Shown: positions 36,801-49,449 of the stretch, in pieces
Position numbering within the stretch: position 1 is the first letter of the stretch
How the letters are laid out: the number at the start of each line of letters is the position of its first letter
Origin: Lingula anatina
Lineage: Eukaryota > Animalia > Brachiopoda
Length of the DNA stretch: 64,000 nucleotides
Direction of reading: 5' to 3'
Assembly: GCA_051362555.1 (NCBI GenBank)
Contig: CM120643.1
Coordinates: 7,316,001 to 7,380,000 of the forward strand
The notes under the pieces: model-generated
Database searches by the model: none
What the model was told of the DNA's origin: nothing
Seen by the model: only the letters and a program-made list of their open reading frames with translations
Program-made: the position numbers and the translations under genes

Positions 36801-39503
36801 TCATTGACTATGGATTTCTCATACTCTTCTGTTCTGCGTGGGTTTCACGTTTATAGATTTTACTGGAAACCAGTTATCGGTGAAACACCGATGGTGGATG
36901 TTGATGATCCAGTCAGCCGGCAGAAGTTAAAAAATGATAATAAACAGTAAGTAATTTATGTGTACTGATGCTTTCAATAATTTCTAAATAACAATAGGGT
37001 TTTAAAACTGGCCTGCAGCTGCCGGCGGGCAGGTTGAGTCCTTTTATCGTCTCATTCAAAAACAGCACAAATACATGATAACAATCTCTCCTGTCAAGTG
37101 GCAGTTCCTTTGTTTGGAACGGTGGTCTGAAAACTCGCTTTGACGAATCATGGGGCGAGTTTCAATTGGGCACACTTTCTTGCGTTCGGAAAATTTAAAT
37201 TGTGCCAAAGGTGAGTTTAGCGATCGTTCGTACAGAACGGAGACAAAAAATTCAGATTCAGAGAAAAAACGTTTCGTTCGTAATTATTGCGGCGTTCGTA
37301 TAGATTGGAGAATTACCGTATTTATGTTGGTGTTACAGGTATGTCACTGGCAGCTTTCATAGTGATATATTTTAAAAGTAAACACTTATGGCTCATAACA
37401 CAATATGGTGAAAGTAACTTAACCCAAAACATTGACCTTTACAAAATTTAATACTCTGCAGTATGTTAAGATTTTTTTTAGTCAAGTCAAATTATATAAT
37501 TTTTCCAGGATTTATTAGATCCATTGATGAGGCTTTCACTGAAATTACAAAGCGATGAGGTCACATTGGCCGATGCCATGGTATGGTATGAGGTCACAGT
37601 TGAAAACCTTCTTAAGTTCAAGTCCAGGTATCACCTTATTTTGATTTTCTTGAATATCAATTTAACTGTGTTTTATCTTTTGTTCACATATTTATTGTTT
37701 TATTTGGAAATTGCAAATTATACATTTCTCCAAGTTCTAATATGCATTTATATTTTTGATGAAAAAGTAATGTTATTTATTTTTGTACATCAGAACATAA
37801 AAAAAAAAAAAAAACAGTTGGATATGATTAATTTAATCCCATTTTATTTACTTTTTTACTTTTAGGGATTATTGTGAATTGTTGACTGATGGTAAATTCA
37901 AAGGGGTTACCTTGAAGGGCAGAGAACCACAACTACGCTATAAGGAATCTCTTATTGATGGGCTGATTGAGAGCATTGAAACCCGGTTTGGCTTTAATGA
38001 TTCTGAAATGAATGTTGTTAAAGCAACTGCTATATGTAACCTCAGAAGATGGCCTCCAAATGGAAACATCAAAGAGATTGAAGGTATGTTCTTGTGCCGG
38101 TTATATTACTTCACTTAAATTTTATGTACAAGAATTGAAGCTTGCATTTTATTTACAACATTTGTAGAACAAGATTTAATTTATACAGATATGCACAGGT
38201 CCACGTTTGGCAAATTATTAAATCCTTTTCAATCACTAGGTTTTGTCTTAAGTTATTTAAGATAGTAAGAATATATAAACAAATAATTTAGCTGAGTGAA
38301 ACATTTTTGTTTTCCAATTCTGACTGTAGTAATCCTGCAGTTTTTCGGAGAGCATCATTTTATTTATATTTATTTATTATTATTATTTTGCTGTTTTCAG
38401 AATTTGGCACTGAAGAAGTCCAAACTGTGCTCAGACGTTTCCCCAATGCACTTGTAGGAGCTGGTATGGATGTGGATGAGAAAGTAGTCTTGCAGGAGTG
38501 GCAGGTTCTGAAGCGGGTACTGTACAAAAGGTATATTGCTCTACGTTTTTTTTTTTTTTTTATTTGTTTGTTTTGGCTGTGCTATCATGACACAAAGCAA
38601 TCTTAATGGTTTGTTTCAAGGAATATTTAAAATTAAGATTCCATAATGTAGTTGCTATCAAAAATGTTTTACCACATATTGGCAATACATTCTTATTACT
38701 ATAGATAAAAGACAAGCCATGTGCATTTCATTGGTAATTTGGTTTCTGTTTATAGTGTTAACTTAAAGATTATTTTAATTTATTAATTTTTTATAGTGAT
38801 CAGAGATATTTCATAATGAAGTGTTAGGGGAATAATGTGTATGTTTTTTTCTTGTTTCACAGGTATGGTGACAGTTTGCATTCTAGTACATCTTGGCCAC
38901 AAATTATGTGTGAATATGGAGAAGACTTTTCCTGCCTCCTGTTGATAGAGCTTTTGCAATCTCTGCCTCCTACTTCAGTGAGATGCGAAACCACTTTTTC
39001 TCAGATGAAATTAATAAAGACCAACAGAAGGTGTAGATTGAAGTCATCCACAATGGACAGTTTAATGATGGTGAAACTGGAATCATCACCTGTAGATGCA
39101 TTTAACCCAACACCAGTATTGGAGAGCTGGCTAGTATGTAATTTTTGGACCTGTTAATAATTGATTAAAGGTGACAATTATATGTGTAAAGTGATAATAT
39201 TAACCATAACTTTTTAGTTTTATGAATATGTGCTCCCATTTGAAGTTTTCCCTTTTTACTTTTCAGTCTTCAGGAAGGAAGATAAAATACTGTCGTAGCA
39301 AGAGTGACAATGCTGAGTTGGAGGGAGCAGAAATTGCAGAATCAATGGAAGACCTTAACTCTGGAAGTGAAAGTGACGTGGAAAATGTGGCAGACAAAGT
39401 TAATGACTTTTATGATAGATATTACACTGACAGTGATGCAGATGACATGGACATTGAACAACAGAATCTTGATTTTCTCTATCGTTTTGCAAGAGACACC
39501 TGA
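33820..39503 (+). CDS. hAT transposase (ZNF862-like: TTF-type zinc finger, DDE core, hATC dimerisation domain), 10 exons, 755 aa once the exon-5 insertion is removed
   Basis: All introns are GT-AG and phase-consistent. Exons: 33820-34251, 34414-34645, 34788-34949, 35208-35482, 35671-35844 + 37321-37338, 37509-37627, 37866-38083, 38401-38530, 38863-39133, 39267-39503. Motifs: FNPKW..HPW...MICTKC...DHEVSKSH, FSFIMDGSSD, GCDGASNM, HCLCHRLELA, GTRW, PTSVRCETTFSQMKLIKTNRRCRL. Confidence 0.88.
35845..37318. mobile_element. Non-autonomous TA-targeting (Tc1/mariner/pogo-type) element inserted in hAT exon 5
   Basis: Perfect 26-bp TIR CGGTAATTCTCCAATCTATACGAACG with TA duplicated (35843-44, 37319-20). 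Removing it restores ...KEIVL-FMLVLQ|gt. Confidence 0.93.
36810..36950 (+). pseudogene. Truncated HIRAN-like ORF (46 aa) inside the nested element
   Basis: MDFSYSSVLRGFHVYRFYWKPVIGET matches the SxxRG(Y/F)HVYxxxWxPxxGE N-terminal signature of stand-alone HIRAN-like proteins. The rest of the domain is missing. Confidence 0.55.
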
Positions 39504-40253
39504 TGACATTTTGGCAACCTTTCCAGCACGATTGATTTAAATATTATGTACAGACACAGATGTTAAGCATTATGTAATATTGCATTAAAAAAGAAGAAAA
39601 CACAATTTTGGGTGCTGCTGCCATGATGACCATTATGGGAAAACCATGTTATTTATGATTGCCAAACTATCAAAATAGAAATACAGGACTAAAATGCAGC
39701 CTGAGTTGGAAAAGCAGTCTAATTGGCTTCTTTTTCTGGAAGTTATACATTTTCAAAGTGTGAACTTTTTACACATTTTACTTACATTAGTATTACCTGT
39801 TGAGCATAATTAAAAACTTGAAATAAAGGATGTTTAAACTTGAAGCTTTATGTAGTCTATTGCGTCTTATTACATTTTATTGTGGGCTGGTAAAAAAAGG
39901 TGTGGGCTGACAAATTTTAATTTGCTCCAGCCCACATGTCTGGTAAGTTTTCAATCTCTTTCGCAATCACTGTCTTACTGCCAGTTAAACAGTTCTTTGT
40001 GAAAATTAAATTTTTCACATATTGGCATTTTCAGGGTGTGACTTTGAAGTTCCACGGGCTTAAAGACCCATTCTAGTCATATTTTCTGAAAATCCGTGAT
40101 ACATATACTTTATTATTAAAAATTGACGGTCATTATGCTGCTAACCATTATGTAATATTGTATCAGAATAGAAGTAAACCCAAATTTGGGTACTGCTGCC
40201 ATAATGACCATTCTGGGAAAATCATGTTACTTATGATTGCCAAACTTTCAAAA

Positions 40254-40285
<32 letters not shown>

Positions 40286-40737
40286 TACAGGACTAAAATG
40301 CAGGCCGAGTTGGAAAAGCATTCTCATTGGCTTCTTTTTCTGAAAGTTATACATTTTCAAAGTGTGAACTTGAACTCCCATGGGCCTGAAGCCTTATGCT
40401 TGTTACACATTTTACTTACATTGGTATTACCTTTTGAGCATAATTAAAATTTGATGTTCAATTTGCAGTTTAACATAATGTACTTTTGCATCAGAATTGA
40501 CAGTAGCCTCTTTTGTGCATAGTTATTTGCTGCCTTGTTTCACAATAACAGCTACCATACGTTTTTTTATTCACTTTGTTAGCGTATTTTGTACTAAGTA
40601 TTATGAGCACGTTTTTCACTTGTTGAAAAACTCCATTTGTGAGCATATCCAGGTATAAGTACATGTAAACTAACTGGGATTTATACAATAAATAGTAGTG
40701 CTAACCTTAGTTGGCAAAGTATTCTTTTTACTTTTCT

Positions 40738-41321
40738 GCATGATTGACGTTAGAAAGCAGCTTGATGTCAATATGGAGAATATATAAGTACCTGGATAAT
40801 ATCATATTATTGCCATCATCTGTTATTTGGTACAATCATTTTTACAAGGCTTTTACCGGTTTCCTTCAAAGGGACAACAGTATTTAAATGATTTGCATAG
40901 GCCAATTCTGTTCATTATTGGAAAGTCTCCGAGGCTGGTAAGACAAAATTGAATGATGAGCATGAGAAAATGATAAGGAGTCATCGGAAAACAAAAAGCT
41001 GTTCATCAACATACTAAGACTTGACTAAGTCCACATCAAAGAAGTGAAATAGATGGAAACGTGCTGATCATTTTTGCAGCCAATTTGAAGTAGCAACTTA
41101 TCCGCCAACAAAATGACTAAGTTCACATAGAAGAAGTGAAGTAGACAGAAACATGCTGATCATTTTAGCAATGTTTTTGCAGCAGATTTGCAGTAGTAAC
41201 CAATTCCCCAACAAAATGCCTAAGTTCACGTAGTAGTAAAGTGATATTAATTGTTTAAGTTATTCATGTTTCTCCTGGTCTTCTGGATTATTGCCTATCA
41301 TTACAGCACAAATGTTACATA
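40738..41321 (+). repeat. Local duplication copy B (left part)
   Basis: Aligns to 32738-33323; continues at 46968-47052. Confidence 0.9.
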
Positions 41322-44300
41322 CAGTCATAAGATTATGTATGTGTGCATTTATTCCATCTAACGTAAGAAGATTAGATACAATTATAACGTCAGAAAATAC
41401 AATAGAGGGAGTGTGATAATGATAGGGTCGCTAAACGATTTTGACGGAATATAGTGACTAGCCTTATCCTCTTGTCGCCTGGGTAGGCACGCCCCCTTAG
41501 AGTACTTATGTAAACAAAAGGTCTTCCATAGAGAACTATCCTTTTGTTCAACAGCTTCGCGCGTGCAGCGGATTATGTGTATAGTGACGCTATACAGCTA
41601 AATGCAGTTAAATCTGTGAAAGCTGTTACTTAATTTATTCTGCTGTGTCGGACGTTGTGGGCCAGCCCAATGGTTCATTCACTTATTCTTTTCTGAAGAT
41701 TGGTGATGCATATTTCGAATGCTTAATTATTTGCCCTCCTTCTTACAAGAGAAAGGAAAAGGGGAGAGAAACGGAGACAGTGTCAAATAAAAAGGGTAAA
41801 GAGTAATATAATTCATTAATTAAAGGGACTCGTGGTGGAAGAAACGATAGACTGTTTTGCATCAAGGTATGCAATTATAATCCCACATGGCCATCGCATA
41901 TACGGCCGTAGTTTAAATACATTACTCATAGTTGTATTTAATTACATTATTTTGCTGAATAGACATACATTTTTAAGTTGGTCTTTCAGGAAATCGTTTT
42001 GTTTGAAATAACACACACGACAGAGGTAAAATCACATATAAATTTATTTTGAAATAAAATGTTTCGTTAGATCTTGTAAACACTCAGCGAAATGCACCTA
42101 GTGATTATATTCAATGTGCCATCATTTAATTGCTTTCTCGGTTTCATTAATTGACGATAATAATTGCAGTAAGCAAGAAGGAGGAAATGCTGAAGACAAA
42201 ACAACGCCGTGGGTATGTGTGACTTTCTCCCTTAACATTTTCTATGATGCTGTCAAAGAAAAAGGAACCGAGATAGCGATCATTTAAACCCCTGCTGTTT
42301 ACAGGTGGACTTCTTCGTTTACCATTTAAATGCCCCCCTCCCCCAGCAGACCCAACTTGAGGAATGCCATTGTAGCTACAGTACACTGTATATCAAACTT
42401 CGGTCCAAGTTATAAAATGTTTAAGCACAAAACGATAATTTGAGGGTATTTTTTCATTCAAGACAAAATTCAATAACTATGATGTGTGACAAAAGAGACT
42501 TTACAAAGCTTTACGTGTACTTAGATATATTCCAGTAACCTATGGAGATAGGCTAGCGACGTAATTGTAACCTCAACAGGCAGTGTCCCCGACGAAAGCA
42601 AGCACCACAATAAACACTGAAAGGCGGGGTACAAAAATTAACTTTTTTAAATATCGATTACAACATGCTGTACAATGACCGAGTCGTGAAAGGGGTTTTG
42701 GACTTCTTTGCGTTAAAAACAAATTCATTTCGAAATCAAAAGAGCATTTTTTGGGGGCACGTGGGGGGGGGGGGGGGTAAATAGTAACTCATTCCGTAAT
42801 CCTTCCTGCACATTTATTTAATCGTATCAAAACGTTTGATACACAATGTTCGCTAGTGTCATAATTTTGGCGATGTATTAAAACCATAATTGTACAAAGT
42901 AGGTTAGCATAAGTTAGGCAACAACCAGTGTGAAGAACAACTCCCTTTTTAAGTGAGGCAAGACAACTTATTCAAACTGATTATAACCTTGATAAAGACA
43001 CAAGGTAAAGGAGTTATGTAAACTAGCGTGTGAAAACACATTCTTTGTCACTGTTACAAGACAATGGAGGCGACCAAGTGGGGTAATTACAATATACCCC
43101 TGTACAGTCAAAGAGAAATTAGTTATGAAAGCTTACATCGGGTCAGCCCTTAATTTGCTTGTCCGAAAGAAAGAGATAGATGTCGCAACGCGAATCCTTT
43201 TATTAACTCTTCATGAGTTTGTGTAAAAGTGTGAAAGACAGGCAACGATCTCGAGTCGCTGTTGATATTGTTCGCAATTAATATTGGAGTATACCGCCTA
43301 CATGTAAACATCAGACAAGGCGTTGAGATCGATAAAAGTGGAGGTTTATCTGAAAAATTAGATGCCATTTTTGTGAAATGACTTATTAAGTGATGTGCAT
43401 GTACCGAACATGTTTAAATTCTTGATTTTTATTATTTGAAATATCTTCATACACGGCCTCATATTTATATTTCTCTCAGGCCATACTCATTTTATTGTAT
43501 AACATGGGACTCTAAAGCACAGGACATTGTGAAAGTTAATTGGCTACAGAGACTTGTTATCCTTTATGCAGTTTTATAGCGTGGATGAACTAGAAACAGG
43601 CTTTACTTAGCTTTACTTAATTTACGAAAATTTAAACAAAATCAATCTGCAAGGCTTGCTTTGACTTGATGTTAACCTAACACTGGTTTTAAAAGGAGAA
43701 ATATAAATATGTTGGATGGATTAAATCACCGACACCGTTCTATTTTAACTTAACGTGGTCATATACACAGTAACACAGATAATATTTATAAGTTGTCTGT
43801 CGTTCAGCACGCATTATAGGCGAGTAGCGAAACAGTGATGATGATCAATCCAAGTAAAATCTAGGCAAGTACCTGTATTGTTTACAAAATAGATCATGAC
43901 GAATAAGCCTACGCTTTAATAAATAATCACCACACGGTTCTGTTTTTGTCACTTAAAAGCTTTCGTTTAAAGACGCTCAATGATATCAAAAATGATTCGA
44001 CGCTTTAAAAATGGACCGGTTCAAGGGGCATTTTTTGTTTCAGCTAGGGACTTCAGGTAGAGGATTCAGTGTAGGTGTTTCCTCGGATGAAAACAGCATC
44101 ACACCCTAGGTCTAAGCGGGTTGACTAGAAGCTTTTTGTCCAAGCATCCTATTCCTACTACTAAACTAATAACTCTAAACCACAAAGGTTTGTGCGGTAA
44201 AAATATTTAAACTAAATGAGGTGCATTGACAGAGGCACAAGTACAATCCAACGCCAACGTGCAACAGGGGAAAGTCTGACAGTGTATTACATAATATATG

Positions 44301-45601
44301 AAAGTGCGGTCAATATTAACAGTGTAAGACATCAGTTAAAGAGGAGGGGGTACGTCTTACTATCTTTTGTTAAACGCGACTGTTATTATCTCTCGAACAA
44401 GCTTAAACCATCATTAAACAATTACTGTGTCTCCGGCTGTCGTGCAGAAACGGCATGTCGAACATATTTTGCTACAGTTACAAACAGGGAAAACTAGCGA
44501 CTTAATTGTTCTAGATCGCTCTAGTAAGAAAGTATAAGTGCGGCGCCCGGGCAAAACAATCAACTACCCGGTATAACATTCATATCTTAGCGTTTACATA
44601 TGACGCGCAAAGAGCTAAGTACATATGACGCGCAAAGAGCTAAGCAATTAGCCTTGACAAAGTGGTCCGTTTTAAAACAATAACGAGAAAAAAGAACGCC
44701 TTGTCATAGTTATGAGACAAATCGCTTGCAACGTGCAACAAGGGGGATGGCTGACAGTGTGGTCACACTACATGTTTATGAAAGTACATTGAATTAACAG
44801 TCTTCGACATCGCCCAAAGAGGAGGGACTTACTGTAGCCCTCAATCTATTGTTAAACGCGATCATTATCTTTTCTCATACAACCTTAAACAAAACCTAAA
44901 CAATAAGATTGTTAAAGCAGATAAGTGATGTAAAATCATATTGGGAATTTACGTTGACGACGGAGACTTCCATTCGCAAAGTTAATGAAACAAGACTGGT
45001 CCAAGTTAACTGCCCATATTGAATAAATCTTGGACTGTTAAACCTAAAGCCATGCTTCACTTTGGTAATAGTTATTTAGTAAGCTAGGTTTATTCACATA
45101 TATCTCAAAGCATAAGGGCGTTATGCTGCAAACAACCCATTTTGAACGCAATCGTCATCGCTGCCGAACAACCTGAAATCATGCCTATACAATATTAGGA
45201 GATGCACGTCGAGTAAAAGATTCAACACCTGGGTGCCCAGCACTATTATGAAAAGGAAAAATGACTTGACGTTTCATGCACAATCATCATCGAAAGCCTT
45301 ATATCAATATGCTGCATGCGCAGTCGATTTTTATCAAAATAAAAAGTGTGTTTCATACAAGCAAAATCTAACTTTCCTTTATAACTGTTACTGAACAGCG
45401 CAGAGTTACATAAACCCAGTTACAAAATTACAAATGTAATTATGAGGCTAATTTCTCTAATGTGGAATGAAATATTTTGTTGGCTTTCAAATGATAGGAC
45501 ACTCACTTTAATCTTAAAATAAGTTAGTTAATGTGCTCGTTCCCCTAACGCGCGTGCCAAAAGGTCCCATCAAATAACCAGATACACATCTGTCTATACT
45601 G

Positions 45602-45769
45602 CAGGAGCGGATCCATATACATTTTTTGACAGTCTTCCAAATTATCTTTGTTGATCCATCCCCTATTTTTGACCGTCTTCCGACTTAAAAAATTAGATAC
45701 CCGTCAGTATAAACTTAAAAATCTGACCGTCTTCCAGAAGACCCAGAAGACGGCCTAAATCCGCCCCTG
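45602..45769. mobile_element. hAT-type MITE (second, truncated inverted copy at about 50799-50950)
   Basis: TIR CAGGAGCGGAT / ATCCGCCCCTG; flanks ATACTG / TTACTG match at 5/6. Confidence 0.7.
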
Positions 45770-46026
45770 TTACTGGTAACTAGTGAAAATCTATCTGTGG
45801 CCTTTGATAATGGTTAGACACTCACCGCGTTAGTTGCGACAATGATTATTTCTTCACAGCGATTTATTCATTTAATTATTAAATCATAATATATTTATTA
45901 AATTATTTGAAATAATTTACCTTTTTTTAAATGATTAATACCATCTAATTTTTATCTTTTTTATTTGATTCTTAATGTCATCTAATTATTTACTTAATTC
46001 TTTAAATAATCTATTTATTTATTTAT

Positions 46027-46193
46027 CAAGCCCGTAGCCAGCAATTTCAAGGGGGGGGGGTCTTTTTCTGAAAAAGTGGACCTTTTACCGAAAAATCCCC
46101 ATGCACTTATGTCAAATTTTACCCAGAGTAGACCTTTTTTCAGCAAAAGTGGGTTCTTTCGAACCTCTTGAACTCCCTCTGGCTGCGGGCCTG
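46027..46193. mobile_element. hAT-type MITE (same family as 52234-52897)
   Basis: TIR CAAGCCCGTAGCCAG / CTGGCTGCGGGCCTG, inserted in a (TTTA)n tract. Confidence 0.75.
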
Positions 46194-47135
46194 TTTATTT
46201 ATTTATTTATTTATTTATTAAGATTTTCTATTATTATCCTTTTACGGATTCGCTCTATTATTTTATATAAAATGTAACTTAATGTAGTAATTGAGGCAAC
46301 ACGTCAGCTTGTAATGTGAATAAATTGTTTTAATAATGTTTCTTTCTTTGTTATTTCTAAACAGTAATCTATTTTTACACAGGTCGCGATGATGAAAATT
46401 TGTGTACGGAGCATCTTTAAACTTTTTGAGACGGGGTGATTTGTTGATCATGCTGATGTACGATGCTGATGCATGTTTATCAAATTCAATTTTTGACCAC
46501 AGAACACTTCATATTGAATTAAATAATTGATACTAAATTAAACTAGCAGTTATCTTGCAACACTTAAAACATGATCAGCTGCGCGTGCCAAGCTAGTGAA
46601 CATAAGGATAGGTGGCCACGGGAGTGGCACGCGTTAGCATGGGTTCTAGCATCTTAAAGCTATAATCCTATCGCCGCAACAAACAATGGGCACCTTTTGG
46701 CTGACGTATCCTGCTGTTAATTACACCTAGTCACAGCTGATTGTCGCGCTCGCGCTGGACCACAGAAACAGGCGTCATGGGGTTCACTCGCCTAAGGTAT
46801 TGTGTGTTATTACGCCTAAACTATTGTGTTTTTGCGTTCGAATTTTGAAGGGATTAGACGGCTTTCCATTGTTTGTCCGCCCCCTTCTATTCACAGGATA
46901 GGGATTAAAACATTCTGACGCTTTTAAAACGTCGTACAACGGAAACATAATTATTATTTCTACTGTACCACCTTGCATGATATTAGGTAGTTATACATAA
47001 AAAAATCACAGAATATTTATATAGACCAATTTGTATTTATGGTGATGACATAGAAGTCACTTTTTTTACAGCTAAGGACAAATAATAATATTCATTTTGC
47101 ATTACAAATCTAGCTCAACGTCATGCACTTGCAAG

Positions 47136-47390
47136 ATTCAAAGTACAGTTCCTGTATACATGTGACAACACACTGTGTGTTATGAAGTATGTCATGTAAT
47201 TCAAAGTACAGTTCCTGTATACATGTGACAGCACACTGTGTTATGAAGTATGTCATGTAATTCAAAGTACAGTTCCTGTATACATGTGACAGCATACTGT
47301 GTGTTATGAAGTATGTCATGTAATTCAAAGTACAGTTCCTGTATACATGTGGCAGCATACTGTGTGTTATGGAGTATGTCATGTAATTCA
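47136..47390. repeat. Tandem repeat, 61-63-bp unit, 4 copies
   Basis: ATTCAAAGTACAGTTCCTGTATACATGTGAC... at 47136, 47199, 47260 and 47323. Confidence 0.95.
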
Positions 47391-47695
47391 GACAATTAAA
47401 ATACTTCAATGAAAGGAATTACTGTTTTTACCTTTTAAAATATAGCTTATGTGTGTTGAAATCAGTCCTTATCTTAGCAACAGGCAACGAGACCATAAAA
47501 CCAAATATTTGTGTTCAAGAAACAATGGAAATTACAGATAAAGTAACACCTGTTCAAATCATGGGCATTATGGAGTAACGACCAGTCATTAAAAACATTA
47601 ACGCCGTCAGCAGATCCCGTCATTGCTATATTACACCATACACAATTCATACTTTGGGACTTTGCAACCTATGAACCATGAAACCTCAGACAAGT

Positions 47696-48028
47696 GAACC
47701 TTCTGACTAGCAAACCTTTGGAACAGCTGGACATTAGCATCATCAAACTATCAGATCAATGAACCTTCTGACTATTGAACCTTTTGAACCATTGGATCTT
47801 GGCATCATCAAACTATCAGACCAATGAACCTTCTGACTATTGAACCTTTTGAACCATTGGATCTTGGCATCATCAAACTATCAGACCAATGAACCTTCTG
47901 ACTATTGAACCTTTTGAACCATTGGATCTTGGCATCATCAAACTATCACACCAATGAACCTTCTGACTATTGAACCTTTTGAACCATTGGATCTTGGCAT
48001 CATCAAACTATCACACCAATGAACCTTC
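47696..48028. repeat. Tandem repeat, 65-bp unit, about 5 copies
   Basis: GAACCTTC starts at 47696, 47761, 47826, 47891, 47956 and 48021, with no variable spacers. Confidence 0.95.
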
Positions 48029-48760
48029 GAATTGCCGTCATCTGACAAATCATTTAACAATGAACTTATAATAATTTCATAAATTCACAAAATGACAATA
48101 TTTAGTAATTAAAATAAATATCAGAATCAGAAACATAGATAAAAATACACAAAAATAACTACATTGCTACTTCAATTTTATATACTCAGGAATACTATGA
48201 CATCAAACCAAACTGCTAAAAATAAAACAATATCATGGAATTAGAATTAGAAAACAAAAATACAGTTTATCATCAGTTATAGGGTAAACAACAGATGTGT
48301 CACAAAGTGCTGACTATGGCAATGACACTGGACAGACACAGTGATCAGAATATAGACAGACTGAGTGTCTGTATATAATAAATATGTGATAAAATTTGCA
48401 ATTATACCTTAATGAACTCGCAATAACAGTGATCATCTATAACACATCATATCTGACCTGAAATATAAATTCACATTTAAACATTTTCACTGGTGCTCTT
48501 TTCTCTTCAGTGATGGCTTATTGTCTACCACAATCTCACTGTATATGCTACCTCTACTAGTACTGTAACAGTTTCCATGCATATGGGGAAAATTATTATA
48601 ACACATCACAACTGAGCTGAAATATCAACTCACTTTTAAACATTTCCAATGTGTCTATTCATCTTCAGTGATAGAGATTTGTCCAAAACAATCTCCTTGC
48701 TTTATATACCCTGCCTCTATAGTTTCCATGCATATGGGAGAAATTGATTCTTTGTGTTAC

Positions 48761-48933
48761 CTGGAACCCACATTTGTTGTGTAATTGTATTGTTCCATAT
48801 AACTGGCTTCACAGGATCTGTCGTGTTTGGAAGTCTTGTTCTGGGTGGTTCTGGCAGCACAATCTCTCACTCAGTATAAAACTGACCTCTTGGTCTGCCA
48901 GCAGCTCTTTACACAATTCCAGAAATGTATTTT
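48761..48933 (-). pseudogene. Relic exon of a P-element/THAP9-like transposase
   Basis: AG/GT-bounded segment translating to NTFLELCKELLADQEVSFILSERLCCQNHPEQDFQTRQ. This resembles the P-transposase motif (Y/F)xLSExxxQDPLExxFxxxR in degenerate form. Confidence 0.45.
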
Positions 48934-49449
48934 CTAAAAACATAAATGAAATGAGTGTAACTGTTTGCAATGCAATTGAATCATCTCTGTAATATAGTGC
49001 AAACTATTATTAGGAACCATCTAATGATACTTTATTCATACATAGGATGCTTTTGTAAAATGCATAAATTCATTTTTGCATCATCATACTTGATATTTAT
49101 ATCTTGATACTGCTCACATGTAATGATGATCAAATTAAAATATAAGTGTTCATTTTATGTGTTTTGTGTGTACAAGACGAATTGGTTCAAATTTTTAACA
49201 AATGACAGGTGTGATTAATAAAACAATTAATGACTATAAAAATAACATTTACGTTACAATTAAATCAGTGAAACATTAATTTTATTCATGATTATCCATG
49301 CTTTCCACATTGAAATAATCATTTCACACCTCCCCCCCTCCCCCAAAAAATGTTACAATTGGTGTTTGTGTCTTTACAAGGAAAGAGGGGAAACAAATTA
49401 CCTATCCTTATTTGTATAAAAAACAACCACAAACATTTGTCTGCTATCA

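Larger units (their letters stand above)
33412..39972 (+). mobile_element. Full-length hAT DNA transposon (6.56 kb including a nested insertion)
   Basis: Perfect 15-bp TIR CAGTGATTGCGAAAG / CTTTCGCAATCACTG. It encloses the spliced transposase and AATAAA at about 39822. The same ends occur at 51518-53575. The flanks show no TSD. Confidence 0.93.
41322..46965. mobile_element. 5.6-kb TA-flanked insertion with diverged CAGT...ACTG ends and no long ORF
   Basis: The empty paralogous site has a single TA (GTTATG TA CCACC, 33322-33323). Here TA flanks both ends. The ends CAGTCATAAGATTATG and (rc) CAGTAGAAATAATAATTATG are only partly matching. Confidence 0.7.

Noticed and set aside
47136-48028. Regularly spaced repeats as a CRISPR array
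   Set aside because: The units are fully tandem with no unique spacers, there are no cas genes, and the context is eukaryotic.
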